Of a stretch of DNA of 64,000 nucleotides, positions 13,886 through 25,760 are shown piece after piece. The DNA comes from Leucoraja ocellata (lineage: Eukaryota): positions 1,922,001-1,986,000 of the forward strand of contig JAWMAR010000152.1 of NCBI GenBank assembly GCA_036785375.1, given 5' to 3'. Within the stretch, counting starts at the first letter, position 1, and each line of letters opens with the position of its first letter. The notes under the pieces are model-generated. The model made no database searches and was not told where the DNA came from. It worked only from the letters and a program-made list of their open reading frames with translations. A program made the position numbers and the translations under genes.

Positions 13886-14748
13886 TAGCAATGTTACAAA
13901 ATTTTGAGATTTAAAAAATCAAGTCTGCAATTTATCCCATCAGATATAGCATAACAATAAGTTTAATTTGACACCAAATTCACTTTCATATCTCAAGTAT
14001 TAAAAAAGTTATGACCATTTTCATACTCGGAAATTAGCATCTTGTTCCCTATTGATTTTCAATGGACATTACAAAAAAGCTGTGATCTTGGATAATCAAA
14101 AGCCCATTTCTTAAGGAAAGATTAACATTTTTAAATAGCCTAAGTGTCCAAAGATTATTCACAAATAATTCACAATATAACATGATTTTTATATCTAATT
14201 TACATTAATTTATAGGCCAAATGGAAGGAATTTAGTGTTCAATTGCTGTAAATAAATGCCCATTTAAATCGGCTTTCTAGTGGGTTCATGTGGAACGCGC
14301 TGGTTTAGAACGTTGACATAGCGCTGGATTAGTGCCCTCAAATGCCGAGAAAAATACTGCGGGATATAAAAAGCCCAAAATGAACTACTCGCTATAGATA
14401 ACTTGATATATAGGGTTATATATATGCCCCATTTAATGTAAAAATAAGGTACATACCTTTAATTGTTTGCTTTATAAAACCCTGGGGCTGCGAGAGGTTG
14501 CGGAATGAAACAGTAATTTTAAAACTATTAGAACTATATTATCGAGGCCTATAAAACTAATAATACCTTTTGCGACCGGGTCTTGCAGCGATTTTTCGTT
14601 AATGATTTACTAGGCTGAACATGTGCGATTAGTACAGCCTAGTAAAAATCGCGTTTTAAACCCGCCCCCTCCAAACAGCGCCAAAATCGCGGCCATGGCT
14701 GAGGGCAGATTCCCAATGACGATTCAGGTAGGTTTTGTAACATACCTA
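13886..14748. mobile_element. Non-autonomous DNA transposon, 863 bp, 16-bp imperfect TIRs, 7-bp TSD
   Basis: Left end tagcaatgttacaaaa, right end reverse complement taggtatgttacaaaa; flanked by aacattc at 13879-13885 and 14749-14755. Confidence 0.8.
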
Positions 14749-15698
14749 AACATTCTCATTCGGATAAGGCAGATTGGTATGGGAGGTGGAACAATGTTTT
14801 TCTGCAGTGGGATGATTTCTCCAGATTGTTGGTGCAGAGATGAGGGGTCTTTGCTCTTCGTCCCACCGTGATATGTCTAACCTGGAAATGCTTGACGCTG
14901 ATACTGGGTGCTTAAAATGGGGAGCAATGTTGTATTTCCCTACAATAAAAGACCTCATCTTGATGCACACAAAAGAAACAAAGTGACTTCTGCAGCTGTA
15001 TTTATGATGTTCTGGTTCATATCTCATTGCTCCAAAACTATTTTTATCTGTGTTCAAAGGAATTATGCAAATATTTCTTTCAAACCCTCTTGTGTAGATT
15101 TATGGGTGTTGATTCATGAAAATTGTAAATCCGAGATGCTGTAATATATCAGTGGTGTTTTCTGCTTATTGTTATCATGGTTGATCTGCTGTGATCAAAG
15201 CAAATAGCTTTTTCATGTTAAGAGGAGTCCTAGGCAATTAGTATACACTTATCAACAAGATTGTGATTACTGGAATTGTATTCGGTTAATGTCTGAATAC
15301 AGAATTTCATTTTAAGCCTTGAAATCTCCCTGATAAGTGTTTTGTAGTATATCAAAATACTGTGATTACATTTGCGACTGAAATTGTTGGTGGTTGTTTC
15401 ATCATCGCGCCCAGATTTTGAACTTTCACACCATTGTACTATCAAGTTTTCACAGGTGGCGTTGAAGATGCTTGTGATAGCCCACCTTTGATAGCTCCTT
15501 GAGAGGACTATCGGCACCAGAAAATATTGAATACGGAATCATGTATTGTCTTTCTGCCGACTGGTTAGCCTGCAAAAAAAGCTTTTTGCTGTACCTCGGT
15601 ACACGTGACAATAAACTAAACTGAACTGAGCTGCATCCCAGTGACGTCTCACTTTTATAATTACAGAAGTTGATAAATCTTCTTTCCTTTCCTTGTAG

Positions 15699-15757
15699 TT
15701 TTATGGACAGGGAGGTGACGCTTTTGGGAGAAATGGACAAAGTCAAAGCAGCAGCAT
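15699..15757 (+). CDS. SPATS2: SPATS2 coding exon (FMDREVTLLGEMDKVKAAA), 59 nt
   Basis: ccttgtag| acceptor, T|gtaagt donor; phases match both neighbours; resembles human LMDREVALLAEMDKVK. Confidence 0.93.
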
Positions 15758-16065
15758 GTAAGTGACTATTTTGCAGTCTATACTATCCCATTTCAGGAGA
15801 GTTGTTGCTTCGGTAATTTGTGCATTGCTCGGGAAGCTTCTGGGCTGTTAAACTCACAATCTGGTTAAAGGTGTATGAAGTGGTCCCTTTCAAATGGATG
15901 CAGAGATGTTTCCCAAGGCATGCTAAAGTTTACTATATTCTAAGTTTCAATCCTTCAGTGTGTATGTATTTAAAGACGCTATTTCTAGCTTGGGAAAGAC
16001 AAGGAAAAACTGATACTCGACATCTAGAAAGGTATGTAAAATGTGCCATTGAAGTGCAAGACGAA

Positions 16066-16286
16066 ATGTGTAGGAAGGAACTGCAGATGCTGGTTTAAAC
16101 CAAAGATAGACACTATGCTGGAGTAACTCAGTGGGACAGGTAGCATCTCTGGAGAGAAGGAATAGGTGACGTTTTGGATTGAGACCCTCCTTCTGAAGGA
16201 GGGTCTCGACCTGAAATGTCACCCATTCCTTCTGTCCAGAGATGCTGCCTGTCCCACGGAGTTACTCTATCCTTTGTGTCTATCTT
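16066..16286. mobile_element. Penelope-type terminal-repeat fold-back insertion (~90-bp arms, centre 16194)
   Basis: Left arm ends gagaccctccttc, right arm starts gaaggagggtctc; arms are reverse complements out to agatagacac / gtgtctatct. Confidence 0.75.
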
Positions 16287-16663
16287 GGAGCACAAGTCTT
16301 TGCTTTTAGTTTAAGCAACCTATCAATAATTGAACATTATCTTCAATAAATTGCAGATCTTAACTAATTTAGAGCTGAGAAAGTAGATCCACATTTGTTA
16401 CCCAACTAGGATGGATAAACTCTATACCAAAGCCTCTCCCAAGTCATTCATTAGCACTCTTCAGATGGTGCAATTCGGTCAAGGGAAAGCATTGTGCATC
16501 TTGAGAAAACTAAATTGGCTTCGAGATAAAGACTTCTAATTGTTTTAAATTAGTAGCTGGGATTGTTAGTAGCATTTTACTGCTGCGCGAATTTCAAACG
16601 GTAGCGTGAAACCCACTGATGGGAGAAAAGCAGATCTTCTGCGTTTATAAACTAAGTGTATTT

Positions 16664-16838
16664 CATAGAAAAATAGACAATAGGCGCAGGAGTAGGCCAT
16701 TCGGCCCTTCGAGCCAGCACCGCCATTCAATGTGATCATGGCTGATCATCCCCAATCAGTACCCCGTTCCTGCCTTCTCCCCATATCCCCTGACTCCGCT
16801 ATTTTAGGAGCCCTATCTAGCTCTCTCTTGAAAGCATC
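16664..16838 (-). mobile_element. CR1-clade LINE 3' tail
   Basis: Reverse complement of the 3' end seen at 5030-5170. Confidence 0.85.
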
Positions 16839-17481
16839 TGTGAAAAATGTGTGATTAAATATTTTCCATCATTTGTTCCGTGTAGACTGAGCACCTTGTG
16901 AGCGTGGGGCGGAGGTTGGCTCCCTTCCTGAAGTTTGTTTGTTCTTGATCTTGGTGGTTGTTACCTGTTCCCTGCATAAACTCACTATTTTGATTAGTCT
17001 GGCATGATGAATTTCAAGTTTGGTGATCAGGAATTTGTGTGAAAGCAAATGACTATTGAGGTATACAAAAGCCTGTTTGTCAATATTGCAGTCGCCAACA
17101 GGCAAAATTTATCATAAAGTTTATTTTACAAACTTCAGTGTGTTGGAGTATTAATAGGTCTAGCATGCACTAGCCCAGAAAATCTGCCACCCTAGCACTG
17201 ATATAGTCCTGAGGGTGCTGGACTATGGAAATTTTGCTGCGTTTGGTTTTTAACATCTTAAACTAACTCAACGTGGCAAAACATTGTTGATGTGAGATTG
17301 TTCTCTTTAAGTAGATGAAATGGGGACCAGCAGGAATAAAACTTTCCTTCCCATATCTGGAGAAACTGCTTTCACTTTCATCTTAATATTTGGTAATCTC
17401 ATCTGCAGTGCGTACCGTCAACTGACTGCACTGCGGTTACCAGCCCCACTTACTCTGGCAGCACCTGTCACAACTGCATCA

Positions 17482-17794
17482 GGGTGGCATGGTGGCGTAC
17501 CAGTAGAGCTACTGCCTCACAGCGCCAGAGACCTGGGTTTGGGGGTGCTTGTCTGTACGGAGTTTATACGTTCTCCCCATGACTTGCGTGGATTTTTTCC
17601 CAGATCTTCAGTTTCATCCCTCATTCCAAAGATGTACAGGTTTGTAGGTTAATTAACTTGGTATAAATGTAAAAAATGTCCCTAGTCTGTTTGTGTGTGT
17701 GTGTGTAGGATAGTGCTAATGTGCTGGGATCACTGGTCAGTGCAGACTTGGTGGACCAAAGGGCCTGTTTATGCGCTGTATCTATAAACTAAAC
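17482..17794 (+). mobile_element. HE1-like V-SINE
   Basis: tRNA-like head, core gtacggagttt..acgttctcccc, tail tatctataaactaaac. Confidence 0.88.
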
Positions 17795-18207
17795 AAGGGC
17801 AACTAGTGTCCAATGGCACCACCACCTCCAGGTTCCTTTCCCAAATCCACACCATCCCGATATGGAAATATCTCTGGTTCATCGTTCTGGGACTCCCAAC
17901 TGGAAGGACTGCAGTAATTCAAGGATTTATTTCCCCATCAGCACATTGAGACCTGTAGATTAGAGGAAATAAATGCTGGTCTTGATGGAAATATCCTCCT
18001 CATGCAAATATGTGTTTAAGTTGTCATTGCTCCCCTTTGTGCCAAGTAAGTGAATGAGCACTCCTCTGGCATCTCTGTGCTGTAACACCTCTTGCTAAGA
18101 CGTTGGTCCCCAGTCAGATTTTTCCCCAGCCAAGTGGGAATCTGCTTGACAAGTTCAATCGCGATTGAATAGCTTTTCAACAGTGGGTTGAAAGATAGTG
18201 TATAGTT

Positions 18208-18991
18208 CTGCAGATGCGTGGCAGGTGCAGTATAATATAGATAAATGTGAGGTTATCCAAAACAAGGGGGCAGATTATTATCTCAGTGGGGTTAGGTTAG
18301 GTAAGGGGGAGGTGCACCGAGACCTGGGCGTCCTTGTACACCGGTCACTGAAAGTTGGCTTACAGGTACAGCAGGCAGTGAAGAAAGCTAATGGAATGTT
18401 GGCCTTCATAACAAGAGGATTTCAGTATAGGAGTAGAGAGGTTCTTCTGCAGTTGTATAGGGCTCTGGTAAGACAACATCTGGAATATTGCCTACAGTTT
18501 GGTCTCCTAATTTGTGGAAGGACATCCTTGTGATTGAGGCAGTGCAGCGTAAGTTCACGAGATTGATCCCTGGGATGGCGGGACTGTCATATGAGGAAAG
18601 ATTGAAAACACTAGGCTTGTATTCACTGGAGTTTAGAAGGATGAGGGAGGATCTTATAGAAACGTATAAAATTATAAAAGAACTGGACAAGCTAGATGCA
18701 GGAAAAATGTTCCCAATGTTGGGCGAGTCCAGAACCAGGGGCCACAGTCTTGGAATAAAGGGGAGGTCATTTAAGACTGTGGTGAGAAAAAACGTTTTCA
18801 CCCAGAGTTGTGAATTTGTAGACTTCCCTGCCACAGAGGGTAGTGGAGGCCAAATCACTGGATGGATTTAAGAGGGTTAGGGAGAAGGCAGGCACGGGTT
18901 ATTGATTGGGGACGATCAGCCATGATCACATTGAATGGCGGTGCTGGCTCGAAGGGCCGAATGGCCTCCTGCACCTATTTTCTATGTTCTA
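18208..18991 (+). mobile_element. CR1-clade LINE, 5'-truncated, frameshifted ORF2 C-terminus
   Basis: ORFs 18198-18533 and 18488-18871 give WQVQYNIDKCEVI, RDLGVLV, LYRALVRQHLEYC, SYEERLKTLGLYSLE, TRGHSL motifs. Confidence 0.95.
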
Positions 18992-19125
18992 TTAAGATCT
19001 GTCCTGTTTTGTTAACAAGTTTTGCTTCAATCTGATGTTTTGTAATTCTAGCTTGGTTCTGACCATATGTGGATTAGTTTTCTTTAGTGGAAGCCTCCAC
19101 TAAATGTGCTATTGCTTCCCATTAG

Positions 19126-19235
19126 TTGAAATTCTGGACAGCCGCCAGAAGAAAGCTGAAACATTGAAGAGAATGACAGACAATGCCGTCCGTATGTCGG
19201 AGGAACAACTAGTGGAGCTTCGAGCTGATATTAAG
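19126..19235 (+). CDS. SPATS2: SPATS2 coding exon (EILDSRQKKAETLKRMTDNAVRMSEEQLVELRADIK)
   Basis: cccattag| acceptor, AAG|gtacat donor; conserved QLVELRADIK motif. Confidence 0.95.
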
Positions 19236-20063
19236 GTACATTTATTGTATTTACTTAAGCATCATTATAAAAAAAACACAAAGGTGGAACACTTTAAGTA
19301 AGCTTTGTGTGATTTATCGCCCTTGAGCCAAGCCCACCTTTTAGTATTTACAGTCCATTTTGAAATCCAAATGGCCAACCTCTCTTGGATACAGAATATG
19401 GACTAGCCAAGTTGTTGCTTTTCGACATTTGAATTTAACCTGTCAAGCAGGTTCTGCTAGGAAGGAACGTTTTTCTCTGGTTTTGTTCTGATCAGTTGCA
19501 GTATATAAATAACCTGTTGAAGAATGTGAAACTGTTATGCCGAATAAAACTGACAATCCACAAGCCACATGTACATGACTCCTTTGCATTCTATTCTAAG
19601 CTTCGTATACTCTTTCTCAATGACCACCAAACCACGTCTACCTTCCAGTAATTGTTATCGTTGAGGGCTGCAGGCCAATTTAAATATTGTTGACACTAAT
19701 ATTCATCAGTTCCACATAAATAATGTTATTTTGCCAATTCCACCCTTAGTGAGGACAAACCTGATCTATTGGGTTTTTCCATTTTCTAATTATTCACTGG
19801 ATCTCTCATCCTTTTTGTGAATATCTTGTCCTTCCATCGTCTAATCTTGCGTATCGCACAACATTGTTTAGTTAAATATAAAGGATCGGGCACATTGCTA
19901 AATGTTGTTTGCGGCTAGCCACTGGGGTGGCAGGGTGGGTACAGGAGTTCCCTATGATGTGACCACTTATTTCTTATATATAACAACTCATCTCTGGTAG
20001 CTTCCCACGTGAACTATTGAATTATCTGCCCTGTGTTCCAACTGTCACCTTGTCTCAGTGTTT

Positions 20064-20281
20064 AAGATGAAGAAGGGACTGCAGATGCTGAAAAAATCAA
20101 AAGTAGACAAAAAAATGCTGGAGAAACTCAGCGGGTGATGCAGCATCTTTGGAGAGAAGGAATAGGCGACATTTCGGGTCCAGACTGCAGTCTGAAGAAG
20201 GGTCTCGACCCAAAACATCGTTTATTCCTTCTCTCCATAGATGCTGCCTCATCCACTGAGTTTGCCCAGCATTTATTGTCT
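20064..20281. mobile_element. Penelope-type fold-back insertion with ~17-bp TSD
   Basis: Inverted arms around cagactgcagtctg; flanked by accttgtctcagt(g/a)ttt at 20047-20063 and 20282-20298. Confidence 0.78.
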
Positions 20282-21213
20282 ACCTTGTCTCAGTATTTGG
20301 AGTTTGCATTCAATTGAAGTTTGTGGGTTCTGGCCCCTTTCCAGGATTTTGAACATTAATCTGTTCTAGATGGGCATTTCAACAAAGGATTATATGCTGT
20401 GCTGGCTGAGTATCCTTCTAATGGTGCCCATCTGCCTGTTAGGTGAATGATAAATAGCACCTTGTTGGAAAAGTAGCCAATATTCTGGCCTGAATGTCTT
20501 CTAGAATCGACTATCAAGGACAATTTACATTGTTATTTTGCTGTTTGGGGTGATTTTTCAATGCGCAAAATGGCTGCTGCATTTGCCTTATCAGAAACTT
20601 CTACACATCAAAATTGTATGTTGACTGCTTTGGGATGGTGTGAATGACTTGATAAAAGTAAATAAAAGTGCTTGAAATTAATTTTGTGTCAAGACACTAG
20701 GCTGTAAACTAAAAGTGCGATTTTTCACTTTGATAAATGGTGCTCATTGAGATACAGGTTGTCCACAAGCCACTTGGCCCAAGCAGGCCACATGCTCCCC
20801 TTGAGCTTCCTCCCAACATTACCATGTCAACAGCAGAATCCTCTGTTTGCCTTGTCCATCCTAGGCTTATCTTGTCTGAAACGTATGTATGCTAATACCT
20901 CCACTGCTTCCTGTAGTAGCGTGCCACATTCTCTCTCTCGTCTCTGGATAAATTGTCTGTTTAATTTCTTGGGGAATGTTTTGCTTTAATGGTTTCTGGC
21001 TTTGTTCTTATTGATGGCATCAAAACATTGACCAATTTCTTAAAAAATAAAAAAAACTTTAATGGGATCACCTCACAGCATTCTCTTTCAACAGAAACCT
21101 AATGTGATGGGTGTAATCGCCCCTATCTGATGTGATCTTTGTAAAATCCATTGCACCCATTGGTGACCAGAATTTCATACCGTAAACCAAGTGTCGTTCA
21201 GCCAATGTTTGAG

Positions 21214-21644
21214 CATAGAAACATAGAAAATTTGAGCCTGCACCGCCATTCAATATGATCATGGCTGATCATCCAACTCGGTATCCTGTACCTGCCTTCT
21301 CTCCATACTCTAACTCCCTCTTAAATATAGCCAATTAACTGGCCTCAACTACCTTCTGTGGCAGAGAATTCCACAGATTCACCACTCTCTGCGTAAATTT
21401 TTTTTTTTTTCTCATCTCGGTCCGAAAAGATTTCCCCCTTATCCTTAAACTGTGACCCCTTGTTCTGGACTTCCCCAACATCAGGAACATCTTCCTGCAT
21501 CTAGCCTGTCTAACCCCTGAAGAATTTTGTAAGTTTCTATAAGATCCCCCCTCAATCTTCTAAATTCTAGCGAGTACAAGCAGAGTCTATCCAGTCTTTC
21601 TTCATATGAAAGTCCTGACATCCCAGGAATCAGTCTGGTGAACC
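21214..21644 (-). mobile_element. CR1-clade LINE 3' fragment
   Basis: Begins catagaaacatagaaa (reverse tail); very similar to the reverse complement of 2757-3220. Confidence 0.9.
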
Positions 21645-23358
21645 ATAACTGCTCTACTTTTCATACCGTTCTTTCTAGAAACAATGCGCACGATTTGACT
21701 CTTTGAATTACATTATCAAACTTACTACTTCTAATGATTTGTCTATTTGTCATCCACAATCCTTAGATTCTTCTTTTCCAGGTAATATTTAACAATTTTT
21801 TCCTCGTCAAAATCTGATGCCTATCTCAACTATGCGGAATAACACATTTGCCCAATCTTCAAAGGTATTAATGTCATTCTTTCATTGTAGACTATCTCCC
21901 CAATTTGGTGATATCTACAAATGAAAAAAAGAAATTATTCCAGAGTCTAAATTTATAGTGACCAACAGCAGTCTCGAACTGATTGTTATGCAATTCCCTT
22001 TCTGCCGTGCTGAATACCGTTTTTTTTAGTTTTTGTCTTCAAGCCTCCTAGATAATCATGAACCTGACACCAAGCTGGGTTCCATTAAACTTTATTTGCG
22101 AAGCCAGGCTCTATATCAAATATCCACAGTGCTGGAGTAACTAAGCGGGTTTTTGTAAACCAGCATCTCCAGTTCCTTGTCTATCAAAGGTATATTAGAA
22201 ATCTAGGTGCATTAAAAAAAAATGTATTGCAGTGCCTGTCTCTATCCACTGTCTCTACCCCCCCCCCCCACACACACCTCAGAAAATTTGATAAGGTCGG
22301 TAATTGAAGGCATTCCATTTTGTTTTCTTTTTGTATTCTTGGTTCCTACTACTTTTCCACTTCTACATCTGGCATGCATATTTCTGGTCTAATACAACTT
22401 AGATCAGGTGGAAAGCTCCATAAGGAAGACTCGCATACTCATTTTATCTCGCTCCTGTCCAAATGCTTCCTCTGCAGTGATGTGGCATTTCTGGCCCATG
22501 AATGAAACTGACAATTTCCTGCCACCGTTTTTACATTGCCAGAAGATGCCCACTGGGAACTGGCACAAAAGTTGTTCAAACTGGATTTTTAATAAAAAGA
22601 AAAATCAGACCTGATTTTGGGGGGGGGGGTTTTGTGTTTGTGTGATGTTCCTCTTCCCAATGTTTGGCTGACGAGGTGATAGTTAATACAGTGTATAGGT
22701 TTTGTGTTAATTATTCAGAAGAGGTGACATTCTGCTCATTGACATTGTGGTGTTTCACTTTTGGAAGAAAGTAATGTGCAACTTATGGAGCAAACCTGCT
22801 GGAATAAGTTTGCTTAATTAAACACAACATTGTTTTATGGAGATTTCCTATCCCACATTTGTATCATTTAAGTACTTAATTACCTGCAATACACGAATAA
22901 ACTTGTATTGTATTGTACGCTTTGAGTTGTTAAATTTTGGCCCATTTTCATAAAGGAGATTCATGCTTCTGCTAAAATGGTGCAAAATTGTCGATGTAGG
23001 ATTCATCAACAACTAGCGTTGTTTTATAACGAGACATTATTTCAGGAACGTTATGAAAAGTGTTTGTGCTTTGCATGTTATAATTGTGTGCGCTTGATTA
23101 AACAGTCACTGGGAGTTATACACCGTCAATTGTTCTTTGATTTATGTTTTCTGTTTACTTAATGTTCGCAAATGGAATTGGTAGATGCATGATATAGTAT
23201 TGCCATAGTTTTAATCATTTACAAGAAATTTACACCATTCTATTAATCCAAATTGCCAATTGTACAAGTTAGAATCATGATTGTATAATTTTTAAAAAGC
23301 TAAGCTACCATATGCTTGGATTTTACCTGCTAGAGTTTTTTAAAATGTATTATTCTAG

Positions 23359-23461
23359 CACTTTGTTAGTGAACGGAAATATGATGAAGACCTGGGCCGA
23401 TGCGCACAGTTTACCTGTGATGTGGAAGAACTGAAAGCGAGTATCCAAGCCTTTGGACAAG
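23359..23461 (+). CDS. SPATS2: SPATS2 coding exon (HFVSERKYDEDLGRCAQFTCDVEELKASIQAFGQ)
   Basis: ttctag| acceptor, G|gtaagc donor; HFVSERKYDEDLGR is a family signature. Not in the ORF track; translated by hand. Confidence 0.95.
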
Positions 23462-23869
23462 GTAAGCTGAGGCTTGGTCACGTAACATCTTGTTATTAAA
23501 ACCTGTTTGATATTTGCATCTACCTTACAAGTGGGCACCGGGCATTTCTAATCTCAATAGTTTGTGCTGCAGACACTGGAACAAGTCATTGGAACTGGTT
23601 GCGAGTGTCAGAGTGGGAACGGGTTTGTACTCACTGAGGATGAATTGCTGCCACTTCTGTTTGACATGCCAAAAGTTTGCTAATTATGGATTTGCCAAAG
23701 ATTCTGATGGTCTTGTGCGATTGTGATATCCTTTGAGATTCTCGACCTGTCTTCATCCGTTGTGGTTGAGCACGCTATCTTCTGAAGCTTCTGTTCGGCC
23801 GTTTCTTTGGGTGGGACACTTACCTGGTTGCTTTCTTATCTGTCATAGCTGGAGAATCACCAGAATGCC

Positions 23870-24990
23870 ACTAATCCCAGACTTCTACCTCTGGTATTCC
23901 CCAAGGTTTGATCCCAACTTCCTTCCATTTTTTCATCTACGTGCTGCTACTTGGTAACAATGGCTTTCCACATACATGCTGACAACCCTTGCTTAACTCA
24001 GCGCTACTTTTAAGAGATGCAGCGTGGAAACACGGCCTTTGGCCCCCCGAGTCTGCACTGACCAGCGATCCCCTACACACACTAGGGACAATTTATACTT
24101 ATACCAAGTATGCAAACCCAAGCCAATTAACCTACAAACCTGCACGTCTTTGGAGTGTGGGGGGTACCAAAAATCTCGGAGAAAACCCACGCAGGTCACG
24201 GGGAGAACGTACAAACTCCATACAGACAGCACCCGTAGTCGGGATCGAATCCGCATCTCTGGCGCTGTAAGGCAGTAACTCTACCGCTGCGCCGCTTGGT
24301 GAATTCTCCTGACTTCTCTTGAATAATAACAATTATATCCCTTCGCTGTTCCCTAAATGATCAGACTTCTTGTCCGGTATTCAGTACTGTGTGAATAACA
24401 ATATCCTCCAACTTGATATTGGAAATAATTAAGTAGTTTTCTTTATTTTCCTCCCACAAACTCTTCCCTGGTAAACTCTTCAGCCCCCTCTTTGCCAAAT
24501 GTCTGAGGTTAAATGATTCTGATTGAAAACTTTGTGTCATATTTACCCACAAGTTTGAGACTCCATATCGGTACCATCTCTATGCTCCAGTTTTGAGGTG
24601 TAATCAATAATGCCTAGGTCTCAGCCTAACTACTGGTGGAATTGTCATCCATGCCTTTGTTTCCTTATAAGATTCAGTTTTCCAATGCATTCCTTGCTTT
24701 CATTCTACCCTTTAGCTTGAGATCATCCAAAACACCATTGGCTGTATGGTAATGTGTCAAGTCCCATTCATCCATCACCCCAGTGAACCACAGTGGAGCT
24801 TCTTTCCTTAACCAGAAGCAGGTTAAAATTCTCACGTCTTCCTATCTCTCCATGGTCTCAAGTCACCACCATTTATCCGCCTCAAATGTGACACTGTGTT
24901 CTCAAGTTTCTGAATCCCTCAACTCCAATTTTCAGTCCCTAGGCTTTTCCACCTTTCCATCCTGCATGGTGTTTAATAAAGCCTATCTCA
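23870..24990 (+). mobile_element. Decayed L2-like LINE interrupted by a SINE at 24008-24295
   Basis: tctggtattccccaagg (SG.PQG) and ttccacatacatgctgac (FH..AD) remnants. Confidence 0.55.
24008..24295 (-). mobile_element. HE1-like V-SINE
   Basis: Same family sequence, reverse orientation. Confidence 0.88.
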
Positions 24991-24992
24991 GA

Positions 24993-25013
24993 GTGTGTGT
25001 GTGTGTGTGTGTG
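24993..25013. repeat. (GT)n microsatellite
   Basis: Direct observation. Confidence 0.9.
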
Positions 25014-25444
25014 CCCAATATCCATGCATCTTGTTGCAGGAAAGAGCTGAATTGATCAGAAATATTATTTGCTGCAAGACACTTGGCTCTTCCCGGCAGG
25101 GACTGATTGCCTCTGGGTGGGAGGTTAAAGCTAACAATTATTTGAGCATGGCACACATTACTTTGTGAATACTTGTTATTTTCTTGAGTGACAAACCACT
25201 CCTGGAAAAGCTACAGATAAGTGTAATAATAATTTCATGATTATTAATTATTTGATCATGTCGGACCATCTGAAATGGGTGCAGCATAGCACGATGTGTA
25301 ATGTAGTCAGTGAACTTTGATGGGCTACAGGCTTGGGAATATAACATTATTGAAGGACATGAAGGATGTAACATTCGTGGAAGCAGTAAGTGGATGTTAT
25401 GCGATTGGGTTGTGACATGGAATTGTGTGTTGTGTTCTGATGCT

Positions 25445-25760
25445 GAGTTGTGAAAGATATTGATGAGGAATAGGAGCAGGCCAAGGATGGATGTCTGGGG
25501 TAACACCAGAGGGCATCGGAAGAGAAGCTATTGTGGGTGAGTTAATGGATGAGAATGAAAGCAGTTAAGTGTAGGCCAACTAGTTGGATGGCAGGGGAAG
25601 GGTGGAGGAGGAGGAGGATGTTGTGGTCATCTTTATTCATGGCTGTGGATGGGTTGAGGAGAGCAAAGTGTGATATTGCCAGTGTCACAGATGCAGAAGA
25701 TGCCAAGTGACTCCGAGCTATTTCAGTGGAAGCGGCAGAATGCTAAGTGGAGGCGTAAAA
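25445..25760 (-). mobile_element. Decayed L2-like LINE RT fragment
   Basis: ORF 25138-25506 begins LPQTSILGLLLFLI, a degenerate PQGSILGPLLFLI RT motif. Confidence 0.55.

Noticed and set aside
16103-16285. Long hairpin as a miRNA precursor or MITE
   Set aside because: Arms are copies of a repeat that also occurs singly; turn-around points and TSD lengths vary between copies, unlike MITEs; no evidence for a miRNA.
18198-18871. Two overlapping 111-127 aa ORFs as a host gene
   Set aside because: They are frameshifted CR1 ORF2 C-terminal fragments.
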